A stretch of 64,000 bases of DNA from the NCBI GenBank assembly GCA_963817955.1, contig CAWFQK010000001.1:96001-160000 (forward strand), written 5' to 3'. The DNA comes from an uncultured Gemmatimonadaceae bacterium (GTDB taxonomy: Bacteria > Gemmatimonadota > Gemmatimonadetes > Gemmatimonadales > Gemmatimonadaceae). Position 1 is the first letter of the stretch; the number at the start of each line of letters is the position of its first letter. Positions 9,783 through 19,012 of this stretch are shown here, one piece after another. The position numbers and the translations under genes were made by a program. The notes under the pieces were generated by a model. The model was not told the DNA's origin. It worked only from the letters and a program-made list of their open reading frames with translations, and did no database searches.

Positions 9783-9809
9783 GTATCGGCAGGGCTGGTG
9801 TCAGGCTAA
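9783..9809 (-). promoter_or_regulatory. Putative sigma28/FliA-type promoter
   Basis: Minus strand reads TTAG-N15-GCCGATAC, ending 7 nt upstream of the DGC start. The FliA consensus is TAAA-N15-GCCGATAA. Confidence 0.45.
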
Positions 9810-9939
9810 TCCGGGGTCCCTGTACTGGATTCTGATGCCGGTGCTCCGCGGTTGGCGGACGAAACGCTTGTGACCGTGGAAGAACCAACACTTCAGGGAC
9901 GATTCGGTTTCACGAGCGTATCGGAGACCACCCAACTAC

Positions 9940-11190
9940 TCACCCTTCGATCAACCGAGCCGGCAGTATTCCCTTGTCTCCGAACCGCGCCCGCACCTGG
10001 TCGACTGTCCGCGCCAGTACCCGATCGCGGTCCGTTTCGGTCAGCAAGGTGTCCTGGCGTTCGAAGAGTGTGAGTTGATCAGCACTGAGGTCGAGCGCGA
10101 GTGAGGAGAGGCCGACGCCCAGGAGGCGGGCGGGTACTCGGCGAGCAGCGCGCAGCTTGGCCAGAAGTCCGTGCGCCACTCCGAGAATGACGCGGTCGGA
10201 GATTACGGGAACGTCGAGCGTACGGCTCGCTCGACGCGTCCTGAAATCGTGATCGCGGATGCGGACGGTAATCGTGCGTGCCGTGAGGCCGTCGGTACGC
10301 AAATCCATTGCGGCACGGGTGACCAGAGCAAGCAGTTCGCGTTGCAGCGCATCATCGTCATTGATATCGGCTGGGAACGTGTCGTCGCGGCTGATGCTCT
10401 TTGCATCTGCGTGCGCCTCCACTTCGCTGTCGTCGAGGCCACGCACGCGGCGATGCAGCCACTCGGATTCCCGCTCGCCCAGCCACCTGGCCAACGTCTC
10501 CACGTCGTACTGCAGCACGTCGGGCACTCGACGCATGCCGAGCTTCGCGAGTCGCTCCTGGAACCGAGGTCCGATGAGCGGTATGTCGGCGAGCTCGAAC
10601 GTTTCCAAGAAATGCCCCTCGTCACCGGGCTCGACGATATAGACGCCGGACGCGCCGATGCCAGGCTTCGGCTTCGCTCGCTCGACGGCGAGCTTGGCGA
10701 CGAGCTTGGAGGTTCCGCCGCCGATCGACACCGACAGCCCCGTCGCATCGACCACGCTGTCGCGAATACGGTGTGCCGTTGCGTCCAGCGACTCGTTCCG
10801 GTAGAGCCGCTCGGTGCCAGCGAGGTCGAGATACCATTCATCAACGCTGGCAGCCTCGACCCCCGGGGAGTACCGCTCGAGTACGTCGCGAATCTCTCGG
10901 CTTTTTTCGCCGCAGGCGCGCCGTGGCACCGGTACGCACATCGCTTGGGGGCAGAGACGGAGCGCCTGGGCGATCGGCATGGCCGATCGCACACCGAACT
11001 GGCGCGCCTCGTACGACGCCGAGCACACGACGCCACGACTCTCGCGTGTGCCTCCCACGATGAGCAATGGCTCCTTCCCCGCACCATCCGGGTCCACCAA
11101 CCGCGCAACCGCGACGAAGAACGCGTCGGCGTCGGCAAGGAGAATGCGCCGCGCGATCATCGGACGTGCAGGCGTAGCGTGCGATCGCAT
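9940..11190 (-). CDS. dinB: DNA polymerase IV (Y family)
   Basis: LADADAFFVAV, CSASYEARQFGVRSAMP, ASVDEWYLD, KLVAKLA, RLLGVGLS, and the clamp motif QLTLF. Start is 11190 or 11160. Confidence 0.95.
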   Translation of the reverse strand: MRSHATPARPMIARRILLADADAFFVAVARLVDPDGAGKEPLLIVGGTRESRGVVCSASYEARQFGVRSAMPIAQALRLCPQAMCVPVPRRACGEKSREIRDVLERYSPGVEAASVDEWYLDLAGTERLYRNESLDATAHRIRDSVVDATGLSVSIGGGTSKLVAKLAVERAKPKPGIGASGVYIVEPGDEGHFLETFELADIPLIGPRFQERLAKLGMRRVPDVLQYDVETLARWLGERESEWLHRRVRGLDDSEVEAHADAKSISRDDTFPADINDDDALQRELLALVTRAAMDLRTDGLTARTITVRIRDHDFRTRRASRTLDVPVISDRVILGVAHGLLAKLRAARRVPARLLGVGLSSLALDLSADQLTLFERQDTLLTETDRDRVLARTVDQVRARFGDKGILPARLIEG

Positions 11191-11284
11191 GGGCTGCAAT
11201 GTCGCGTACGCCGCAGGGAGGAGCAACCGGCGCCGCGCCCCCTGTTCCCCACGTGTGGTCAGCGAGTTGTATATTGCCCTTTAC

Positions 11285-12061
11285 ATGAGCCCTGTACGAA
11301 AGACTACCAAGCGACCTGCCGAGTCGTCCGGCGCGACCAAGGGCGACCTGTCCATGGGAAGTGCGGCTGACGCACCGCATGGCTCCCGCCCAGATCAGGT
11401 CTACGCGCGTCTACGCGACCTGATCGTGCAGGGTCTGCTCTCGCCAGGCAGTCGCATTGTCGAGACCGAGATCGCAACACGCCTGGGTGTGAGCCGCACA
11501 CCCGTGCGCGAAGCGTTGCAGCGTCTCCAACAGGAAGGGTACGTGATGGGCTCGCCGGGCGCACAGCAGTCGCGCCTCACGGTGGCGCCGCTCACGCGCG
11601 ACGACGTGTACGAATTGTTGAACATCGTCGGTGCTCTGGAGGGCATGGGCGCCCGCTACGCCGCGCTCCTGCCGGCGGCCGACCGTCGTGATCTCGTCCG
11701 CGACCTCAAGTCGCTGAACGGGGAATTCCACCGGGCAGGCAAGACGATGCCCATCGACCACGGTTGTCTCTACGACGTCGACCAACGTTTCCACCGCGCC
11801 ATCGTGGAAGCGAGCGCCGGTCCCCGCCTGCTCGCGCTGCACGACGCGGTGCATCCGCAGGCCGAGCGTTACATCCGGATGTACATCAGCATGCTGACGA
11901 CCGACATCCGCACGTCGGTGTACGAGCATGACATCATCATTTCGGCGATCGACGAAGGACGGGCTGACGACGCGGAGCTCGCCGTCCAGGTGAACTGGCG
12001 GCACGCTGCAGACCGGCTGAGCAAGGTCATCGCGGTTGCCGGCGAGCGGGGCTCATGGTGA
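11285..12061 (+). CDS. GntR/FCD family transcriptional regulator
   Basis: ETEIATRLGVSRTPVREALQRL wHTH, plus FCD motifs DQRFH and EHDIII. Confidence 0.93.
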   Translation: MSPVRKTTKRPAESSGATKGDLSMGSAADAPHGSRPDQVYARLRDLIVQGLLSPGSRIVETEIATRLGVSRTPVREALQRLQQEGYVMGSPGAQQSRLTVAPLTRDDVYELLNIVGALEGMGARYAALLPAADRRDLVRDLKSLNGEFHRAGKTMPIDHGCLYDVDQRFHRAIVEASAGPRLLALHDAVHPQAERYIRMYISMLTTDIRTSVYEHDIIISAIDEGRADDAELAVQVNWRHAADRLSKVIAVAGERGSW

Positions 12062-13027
12062 GCCGAGTGCTCCCAACGCCCGTTTCGCGTCCTCGTTCCT
12101 TCCGTTGATCGCAACTGCCGTCTGATACTCAGCGCGTGCAGCGTCCTTCTTCGCTTGGCGTTCGTAGACCAGGCCGAGAATGTAGTGCGCAAGGCTGAGC
12201 GAACTCGCCGGCGCATCCTTCGGGGGCGCGACGAGCCATTGCTTCACCTCGCGTTCGGCTCGATCGACGTGTTGACCTGAGAGCGCGAGATTCCATCCGA
12301 TGTTGAGATGCGCGCTCGCGGCATCGGGGTTCGCCTTCAGGAGACGCTCGTAAATGGTCACCGCGTCAGCGTAACGCTTCTGGCGACGATAGAAGGCGCC
12401 AAGGTTGTTGTAGGCGACTGCGCTATCGGGTGCGGCAGCCAGCGCTGCGTTGAGCTCGCGATCCGCCAATAGGCTATCCTGTTCCCGTTCGGCGAGCGCC
12501 GCGAACTCGAGATGTCCGCGCATGGCATTGAGTTTCGCGATCTCACGTGCCTGCTCCTTCGCCTTGTCCATGCTGCCGCCCATGACGCCGGGCGCGTGCG
12601 AATAGAACTGGATGAGACCATGCCGCGCATCGATCGACGTCGGGTCGAGTGCCACGGCGCTATCAAACTCGGACTTCACGCGCCGGGCGAGAAACGGAAG
12701 TTTCAACTTGTTTATGTGTTGCGCCTGCTCGCCCAAGGCATTCCCGAGCCAGAGGTGGTGCAACGACACTGTATCGTTGGCCTTCACTGATTTCTCGAAC
12801 CAGTCGGCCGCCGAAACGGGGTCGTTCATCGCCATGTAGATCCAGCCCATGCAGTGCAGCGCCGCATCGTCGGATGGACTCTTCTTCAGCACCGCCTGTA
12901 CTTCGGCGCGCGCTCGATCGAATTTCAGATCGGCAGTCAGTCGCTGGACGTCCGCGGAGCATTGCGCGCCGCTGCGCGATAACGGGCTGGCGCAGAGCGC
13001 CGCGGCGGCGAGAATTGGAATGCGCAT
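12053..13027 (-). CDS. Secreted tetratricopeptide repeat protein
   Basis: Signal peptide and several TPR-like repeats (AYNNLG, AHLNIG, AHYILG). Confidence 0.88.
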   Translation of the reverse strand: MRIPILAAAALCASPLSRSGAQCSADVQRLTADLKFDRARAEVQAVLKKSPSDDAALHCMGWIYMAMNDPVSAADWFEKSVKANDTVSLHHLWLGNALGEQAQHINKLKLPFLARRVKSEFDSAVALDPTSIDARHGLIQFYSHAPGVMGGSMDKAKEQAREIAKLNAMRGHLEFAALAEREQDSLLADRELNAALAAAPDSAVAYNNLGAFYRRQKRYADAVTIYERLLKANPDAASAHLNIGWNLALSGQHVDRAEREVKQWLVAPPKDAPASSLSLAHYILGLVYERQAKKDAARAEYQTAVAINGRNEDAKRALGALGSP

Positions 13028-13112
13028 GCGGGCTCTTGCGTTGACGAGTGAGAGAGCGTGAGCCTTTCACTCGTAGGACCCCGCGGGCGACCGAAAGATT
13101 CAGCACCTCCCA

Positions 13113-14090
13113 TCACGCTTCGAGCTCCGCCAGCAGACGCAAATAGCTGTCGTAACGCTGCTCGCTGATCGCTCCACTCCGTAGGGCATCGCGAACGCCA
13201 CAGCCCGGCTCCGATATGTGACGGCAGTCGGCGAAGCGGCACTGGTCGCGCGCCGCCCGGATTTCCGGAAAGCAGCGATCGAGCGTGTCCGCTGGAAGCG
13301 ACCACAGACCTATCTCGCGCAATCCAGGGGTATCAATGACATACCCGCCCTCCAGGCCGGGCAGCGGCAGCATCAGTGCACCCACGGTCGTGTGTCGTCC
13401 CTTGTTCACCGACTCACTGATCGCGCCGACTCGCAGATTGGAGCCGGGGAACAGGGTGTTGAGCAACGATGATTTGCCGACGCCCGATGGACCAGTGAGC
13501 ACCGATCGGCGGCCGCCGAGCATCGCACGCGTTTCTTCGAGGCCGACGCCTGTTTTCGCGCTGGTGTAGTGGACCTGATAGCCGATCTGCTCGTAGATCG
13601 CAAAGCGCTCCCGCGCGACTGCCACGCCGACCAGGTCCACCTTGTTGATGATGATGCGTGCAGCAAGCTGGTTCCCTTCGGCGATCACGAGGAACCGGTC
13701 GAGCATCCGCGGATGCGGCTCGGGTTTGGCGATGGCGAACACGACGACCACCTGATCGACGTTCGCGGCAACGATGCGTTCCCCCTGTCCGCCACCCGGG
13801 GCGCGGCGTGCCAGGCGCGAGCGGCGCGGGAGGATCTCGGCAATCGCCCACGCGTCGCCGCGCTCGCCCTGCTCGACGCGCACGTCGTCGCCCACCGCGA
13901 GCTTGAGCGTTCCGGCGGCGGCGAGCACGGTGTCGCGCCGCAGCGTGCCATCGGCCCGCTTGCCGCTGTTCGACTTCTTGAGGCGACCGCGGAGGGAGGC
14001 ATCGACCGTTTCCCCGCTGTCGATGCGCACCTGCCATACGCCGCCAGTGCCGCTGACGACGACGCCGTGTTCGAACTCCGATTCGCTCAC
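13113..14090 (-). CDS. rsgA: Ribosome small subunit-dependent GTPase A
   Basis: Circularly permuted GTPase: NKVD, GPSGVGKSS, GRHTT, DTPG, and the zinc finger CRFADCRHISEPGC. Confidence 0.97.
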   Translation of the reverse strand: MSESEFEHGVVVSGTGGVWQVRIDSGETVDASLRGRLKKSNSGKRADGTLRRDTVLAAAGTLKLAVGDDVRVEQGERGDAWAIAEILPRRSRLARRAPGGGQGERIVAANVDQVVVVFAIAKPEPHPRMLDRFLVIAEGNQLAARIIINKVDLVGVAVARERFAIYEQIGYQVHYTSAKTGVGLEETRAMLGGRRSVLTGPSGVGKSSLLNTLFPGSNLRVGAISESVNKGRHTTVGALMLPLPGLEGGYVIDTPGLREIGLWSLPADTLDRCFPEIRAARDQCRFADCRHISEPGCGVRDALRSGAISEQRYDSYLRLLAELEA

Positions 14091-14491
14091 ACGTCTCCGC
14101 CTTCGTCGCGCATGGCATCCCACCAGCGCCGCCGCGGAGCGGCGTTCTCACGGTCCGCGATGAGGCGATCGAGAAGTGCTTTCACCGCGTTGAGTGGCGT
14201 AGCGCCGATCACCCGGCGCACCTCATCTTCGGCGCTGGCGTGCACGAGATATTCGCTTTCGAGATGTCCCTCAGGACTCTGTGCCCCGAGGCGAGACCAC
14301 TTCACAAAAAGGAAGAATGCCGCCCACGGTGCCTCGGCATCGCCCGTCTCCTCCGTCATGATCTCGACACTATAGGAGAAGCCGTCGCTGCCTTCGAACG
14401 CTGCCGGCCGATCGTGGACGGCAGCGTACCCGCCAATAGTGTCCGGATCGCCCTTCGACGAGTCCGGTGGGCGGTACTGCGCGTGCGACAT
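14087..14491 (-). CDS. Conserved hypothetical protein
   Basis: 134-aa ORF whose start and stop overlap the neighbouring genes (translational coupling). Confidence 0.8.
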   Translation of the reverse strand: MSHAQYRPPDSSKGDPDTIGGYAAVHDRPAAFEGSDGFSYSVEIMTEETGDAEAPWAAFFLFVKWSRLGAQSPEGHLESEYLVHASAEDEVRRVIGATPLNAVKALLDRLIADRENAAPRRRWWDAMRDEGGDV

Positions 14492-15429
14492 CAGGACTTT
14501 CGGCCTCTGATCATCTCGCGAACGACGTTGCCGGTGATGAAGGCGACATTCGCCGGACGCTCGGCGAGGCGGCGCATGAGATACGGATACCATTGCGTAC
14601 CGAACGGCACGTACACCCGCATGCGGTAGCCTTCCCGCACGAGCTGGTCCTGCAGATCACGGCGCACGCCATACAACATCTGGAACTCGAAGCGTGACCG
14701 ATCGATACCCGTTTCCGCCACGAAACGCTTAGCGTCGTCGATGATCGCCGGGTCATGCGTGGCGATGCCAGGATAGTTCGATTTCTCGATGAGGGCCCGC
14801 ATGCACTTAATGTAGTTCGCGTCCACCTCCGACTTCTCGGGATACGCGACCGAGGCCGGTTCCTTGTACGCACCCTTGCAGAGACGCACGCGACACTTGG
14901 CCTGGATCGCCTGCTCGACGTCCGACCACGTGCGGTAGAGATAGCTCTGCAGCACGATGCCGACGTGATCCTTGTATGCCGGATACAGGCGATCGTAGAA
15001 CAGCCGCAATGTGTTCTCGGTATACGCGCTCGACTCCATGTCCAAGCGTACGAACGTGTTGTACGTCTGAGCGCGTCCGAGCACCTCGTGCATGATCGAC
15101 ACGCATAACTCCTCGGAAATATCCATGCCCATTGCCGTGAGCTTGACCGAGACGTTGGCGTCGAGCTTCTGCTGGTCGATGCGATCGAGGATGTTCAGGT
15201 ACGCGCGCTCGGCGGCGTGCGCTTCGCGTTCGTTCGTCACGCTCTCGCCGAGCAGGTCGAGGGATGCGGTAATGCCCTTGCCGTTCAGGTCCTTCACCGC
15301 AGCAAGCGCGTCGTCGAGCATCTCACCGGCCACAAAACGCCGGGCGAACTTCTTGGCGAACCGATTGTTCCGCACGAAGCGAAAGACCTGCGGCTGGTTC
15401 GAGAGATAGAGCAAAGTTGAGCGGAGCAT
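14491..15429 (-). CDS. Monofunctional proline dehydrogenase
   Basis: RFVAGE, LDLLGE, VRLCKGAYKEP, IATHD, EFQMLYG, YVPFG and YLMRRLAERPAN. Confidence 0.95.
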   Translation of the reverse strand: MLRSTLLYLSNQPQVFRFVRNNRFAKKFARRFVAGEMLDDALAAVKDLNGKGITASLDLLGESVTNEREAHAAERAYLNILDRIDQQKLDANVSVKLTAMGMDISEELCVSIMHEVLGRAQTYNTFVRLDMESSAYTENTLRLFYDRLYPAYKDHVGIVLQSYLYRTWSDVEQAIQAKCRVRLCKGAYKEPASVAYPEKSEVDANYIKCMRALIEKSNYPGIATHDPAIIDDAKRFVAETGIDRSRFEFQMLYGVRRDLQDQLVREGYRMRVYVPFGTQWYPYLMRRLAERPANVAFITGNVVREMIRGRKS

Positions 15430-17186
15430 CAGTCGTGAACGGCGTGGGTGCGGAGCGTTACCGGCGCGGTAATGCGCAGGATCGGGAATGACTGCCGGGT
15501 TGCCATGATGTTGTCGTAGAAGCTCCACTGCGCGAGACCATCTTCACTTTCTGGCTCGAGCAGGTAGAACGTCAGTAACCCGTACGGCTGGCCGGCACGC
15601 ACGACATAGGTGCCAGCAGGAAGCGTTCGCGTGGCGGCATTGACCCACTGTCCCGTCACGTCCTTCATCATGCGCGGCGTCTCGGAACGGCCACGCTCGA
15701 TTATCGAATCCACCATGAACGACTGCGCTGTCACGGTGGCAGACTTGTCCAGCCGCTCCACGCGGATGCCATGTGTCGCCAGGATCGGCCGAATGGCGCG
15801 CGCGGTCGCCTCATCGAAGGCATACGCGAATGGCAGTGTGCTGGTGAGTGTCGGCGTGAAGCTCGCCATCACCGGCATCCTCACCAGCTTGATGATACCG
15901 GTGCGCTGGCGGTTGCCCATTCCGGGCTCGCGCTTCGTACTGTCGGTGAGCGGCAGGACGACCTCGACGCGAACGTCCTCGATACGCGTCGTGTCCATAC
16001 GAGAGCGGAGCGCGAGTCGGGGCGACGTCGCTGGATTCTTTGCCCATGCCGCAACCTGTAGGTCGCCATTCCTTCCGATCTTCATGACGTCGGCTTTGTG
16101 CTCGGCGACATACGAGAGGATCTCGCTCACGAAGTCGTATGTCGACGCCACCCGGCGATCGAACGGGTCGTGTGAGAACGCCTCGCTGAGAATCGCGATC
16201 CGGTTACGCAAGCCATAGTAGTTGGTGCCGTAGCGCGCGAATGGCTCGTAGGTCGAGAATGCCCAACCACTCGTAGGAATGGAGTCGGCGATGATCTGCT
16301 CGAGCGATGGACCACCGCGGCCGCGGCCCTGCGCCGTGCGCGGGCCGGTGCGGCTGAAATCACCGTAGTCCTGAATCTCCCATCCATCGCGCTCCCGCAT
16401 CCGCTGGCGAATTGCCGGCAGCAGGGTATTCGCCACGTAGGGAATCACATTCACGGCGGTGGGCGTGAGCGGCGGCGAGTACGTCAGTGAGTAGCCGTGG
16501 ATGCTGCCATCGGTGGTGTGGAGATCCATGAACAGATCTGGATTCCACTTGTTGAGCATCGCAAGCGAGCCACGCGTCTCGGGAGCCGACGCGCCAATGT
16601 AGTCCCGGTTGAGATTGATGCCCGATGCGTTCTGACGCGTACCAACCAACTCCGGGCCGTCTTGTGCGCCGCGGTTCTTTGCTTGCGGCCCCCACTTTTC
16701 GTTGCCGTCCGCGTTGTAGATCGGCTGCACGATCAGCACGACCGAATCGAGCACGTTCTTGTGCTTGGCGAACAACAGGTCGCGGAGCAGCGACTGCATC
16801 GCTTCCTTACCCTCGACCTCGCCCGCGTGGATGTTCGCCTGGATGTAGGCGATCGGCCGGTTGAGTCGGCGCGCTTCGGCTGGCGTCGATACCAAAGGCC
16901 GTGAAGCGATGACGTAGGGCAGCTCGCGGCCTTCGATCGTCTTGCCGATCGATCCGATCGAGATCTTCGCGCCCAGGATCTTCAGCGAATCGATAAAGGT
17001 GACGACGTCGTCATAATGCGACGTCTCAGTGAAGTTCGTTCGCTCGGCGCGAGTGAGCGGACGCTTGCCCGCGTAGCTCGCATGCGTGTACCGGCTTGCC
17101 GACGGAATCGAATGAGTATCAACCTGCTGGGCCGGCAGCGCGCTCACGGCGCTCACGGCGAACAGGAAGAGCGCGACACGGCGCAT
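15429..17186 (-). CDS. M14 family zinc carboxypeptidase-like protein
   Basis: IHAGEVEG (HxxE), NLNRD, DLHTTDGS, and a signal peptide. Confidence 0.9.
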   Translation of the reverse strand: MRRVALFLFAVSAVSALPAQQVDTHSIPSASRYTHASYAGKRPLTRAERTNFTETSHYDDVVTFIDSLKILGAKISIGSIGKTIEGRELPYVIASRPLVSTPAEARRLNRPIAYIQANIHAGEVEGKEAMQSLLRDLLFAKHKNVLDSVVLIVQPIYNADGNEKWGPQAKNRGAQDGPELVGTRQNASGINLNRDYIGASAPETRGSLAMLNKWNPDLFMDLHTTDGSIHGYSLTYSPPLTPTAVNVIPYVANTLLPAIRQRMRERDGWEIQDYGDFSRTGPRTAQGRGRGGPSLEQIIADSIPTSGWAFSTYEPFARYGTNYYGLRNRIAILSEAFSHDPFDRRVASTYDFVSEILSYVAEHKADVMKIGRNGDLQVAAWAKNPATSPRLALRSRMDTTRIEDVRVEVVLPLTDSTKREPGMGNRQRTGIIKLVRMPVMASFTPTLTSTLPFAYAFDEATARAIRPILATHGIRVERLDKSATVTAQSFMVDSIIERGRSETPRMMKDVTGQWVNAATRTLPAGTYVVRAGQPYGLLTFYLLEPESEDGLAQWSFYDNIMATRQSFPILRITAPVTLRTHAVHD

Positions 17187-17241
17187 GAATTCCCCAGTTG
17201 CGTAGAGACGGGGAATTGTACCCGATGAGTCGGTCTGAACG

Positions 17242-17850
17242 CTACTCTGAAGGTTTCTGTGTGGTGCTGGCGTGCAGGGCGAGTCCGCGGGCGCGCGTGG
17301 TGGCGGCCACGCTGGGGTCCGCCCCGCGATCGATATCGGTGCGCACATTCCGTTGGAACAGCGACAGGTCCGGATCCTTGACTCCGGCGCGCTCGAGCTG
17401 GATCACGAGCGCCGATGCGGTGGCGATCGGGACGCCGCGGCCCACCAGATCGGTGAGGACAGCGAGTGGCATGGTCACAGGCCGTTTCCCGGTTGCCGCA
17501 CGCAGCAGGGCGAGATCGCGCAGCGACACGCCGGCGTCGAGCGCCGTCGCGGCCGCCCTGATCTCGTCGGCATTCGCGGTGCCCAGCGCACGCTTGGCCG
17601 AGCCCATTCGGACATAGAGCTGATGAACCGCAGCCACGATCTTTGGGCCGTCAGAGGCCTTGGCAGCGCCCTCGAGCGCTTTGTCCGCAAGCGGAGCCGC
17701 CGGCAGCTTTGCGTACCGCGCCGAGTCAATGATGGCGTTCACGGCTGCAGAGGTGGTCTTGTCGAGACGAACGGCGAGGCGCGCATCCTGTGCGACGCCA
17801 ACCCGCGCCAAGAGCATCAGGACGACGAGCGCACGCGACCCTGCAATCAT
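17242..17850 (-). CDS. Secreted helical hypothetical protein
   Basis: Signal peptide ending VGVAQ. Coupled to the upstream anti-sigma gene by an ATGA overlap. Confidence 0.8.
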   Translation of the reverse strand: MIAGSRALVVLMLLARVGVAQDARLAVRLDKTTSAAVNAIIDSARYAKLPAAPLADKALEGAAKASDGPKIVAAVHQLYVRMGSAKRALGTANADEIRAAATALDAGVSLRDLALLRAATGKRPVTMPLAVLTDLVGRGVPIATASALVIQLERAGVKDPDLSLFQRNVRTDIDRGADPSVAATTRARGLALHASTTQKPSE

Positions 17851-18434
17851 TGCTGCTCTGGAACGACCAGGGCAGAAGCGGGCTGACCAAAGTCGGTGTC
17901 GATCACTCTCGGCGCGGTGGGATCGGCCACCCAGACGCTATCGTCCACAACGAAGGAATACCGATGGTGACCGACAGGTACCGACGCGGTCACGGACCAC
18001 ACGCCGCCACCACGTTGCAGCGCCTGATACCCGGTGTGCGATATGTCCCATCCGTTGAAATCGCCGACCACTGCCACCTTCTTGGCGTCCCGTGCAACGA
18101 GCACAAACTGAACGCGTTGCGGCTTCTGGACCCGCTTGGCGCTCGGGAAGAGCGCCGTAGCGATCGGTTGTGCCGCACGATTCAGATCGACCGGAGCGTG
18201 TGCCAGGCCCAGAACGGCGAAAACCGCCACCGACGCGGCCAGAAGACCCCACGACAGTGGCATCACGGTGACCGTGCGCGGAGTCGTTAGCCGCGACCAC
18301 AGTCCCAACCGCGAATGACGAGGCAGTTGGCGCACCGCCGCCATGACGCGCGCGTCAAATCCGTCGGCGACCCGAACCGGGCGGCGGAGCTCGTGCGCGA
18401 TCTGTCTCATCCTGCCCTCATGCTCGTCATGCAT
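17847..18434 (-). CDS. Putative anti-sigma factor with a CBM48/AMPK-type glycogen-binding domain
   Basis: Short cytoplasmic N-terminus, one TM, then VAVVGDFNGW..GVWSVT..GHHRYSFVVD..WVADP (isoamylase early-set domain). Confidence 0.8.
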   Translation of the reverse strand: MHDEHEGRMRQIAHELRRPVRVADGFDARVMAAVRQLPRHSRLGLWSRLTTPRTVTVMPLSWGLLAASVAVFAVLGLAHAPVDLNRAAQPIATALFPSAKRVQKPQRVQFVLVARDAKKVAVVGDFNGWDISHTGYQALQRGGGVWSVTASVPVGHHRYSFVVDDSVWVADPTAPRVIDTDFGQPASALVVPEQQ

Positions 18435-18972
18435 TCTGCACCTCACTCAGCAGCTCACGTAGGCGGTCACAGGCGCGCATGACCCGCATCTTCAGCGCCG
18501 ACACTCCCACTCCGGTGAGTAGCGACATCTCGTCGTATCCCATATCCTCGACATACTTCAGGAGGAATGCCTCCCGCTGGTCGGGACGAAGCTGCTGCAG
18601 TGCTCGGTCGATCTCCTCTCGCCAGGCTTGTTGTTCCGCCGGATGCTCCTCCGATGCATCGAGCACGGCGTTTTCGTCTACGACGAACGTCCGTGCGCGA
18701 CGACCGCGGCGCGCCCCCAACGTACGGCAGCGATTCACGAGGATGCGGAACAGCCATGCGCCGAAGCGCTCCGGATCTTCGCACCTCGCCAGCGACCGAT
18801 ACGCGCGCGTGAACGCGTCCTGCAACGCCTCTTCGGCGTCCTCACGATTCGCGAGCATGTGCAAGGCATATCGGGCATACCGGTCGCGATACTGCTCGAC
18901 CAGGACGGCGAATGCCTCCACGTCCCCGCGCAACACGCGTGCAACGATCACTGCGTCGGAACTAGCTTCCAC
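18427..18972 (-). CDS. ECF sigma factor
   Basis: DAEEALQDAF and FGAWLFRILVN (region 2), and QREAFLL..YDEMS..ALKMRVMRA (region 4). Confidence 0.95.
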   Translation of the reverse strand: MEASSDAVIVARVLRGDVEAFAVLVEQYRDRYARYALHMLANREDAEEALQDAFTRAYRSLARCEDPERFGAWLFRILVNRCRTLGARRGRRARTFVVDENAVLDASEEHPAEQQAWREEIDRALQQLRPDQREAFLLKYVEDMGYDEMSLLTGVGVSALKMRVMRACDRLRELLSEVQNA

Positions 18973-19012
18973 GGAGCACAGACCTGGGGAGCTTTGGGAG
19001 GGTCACACTAAC

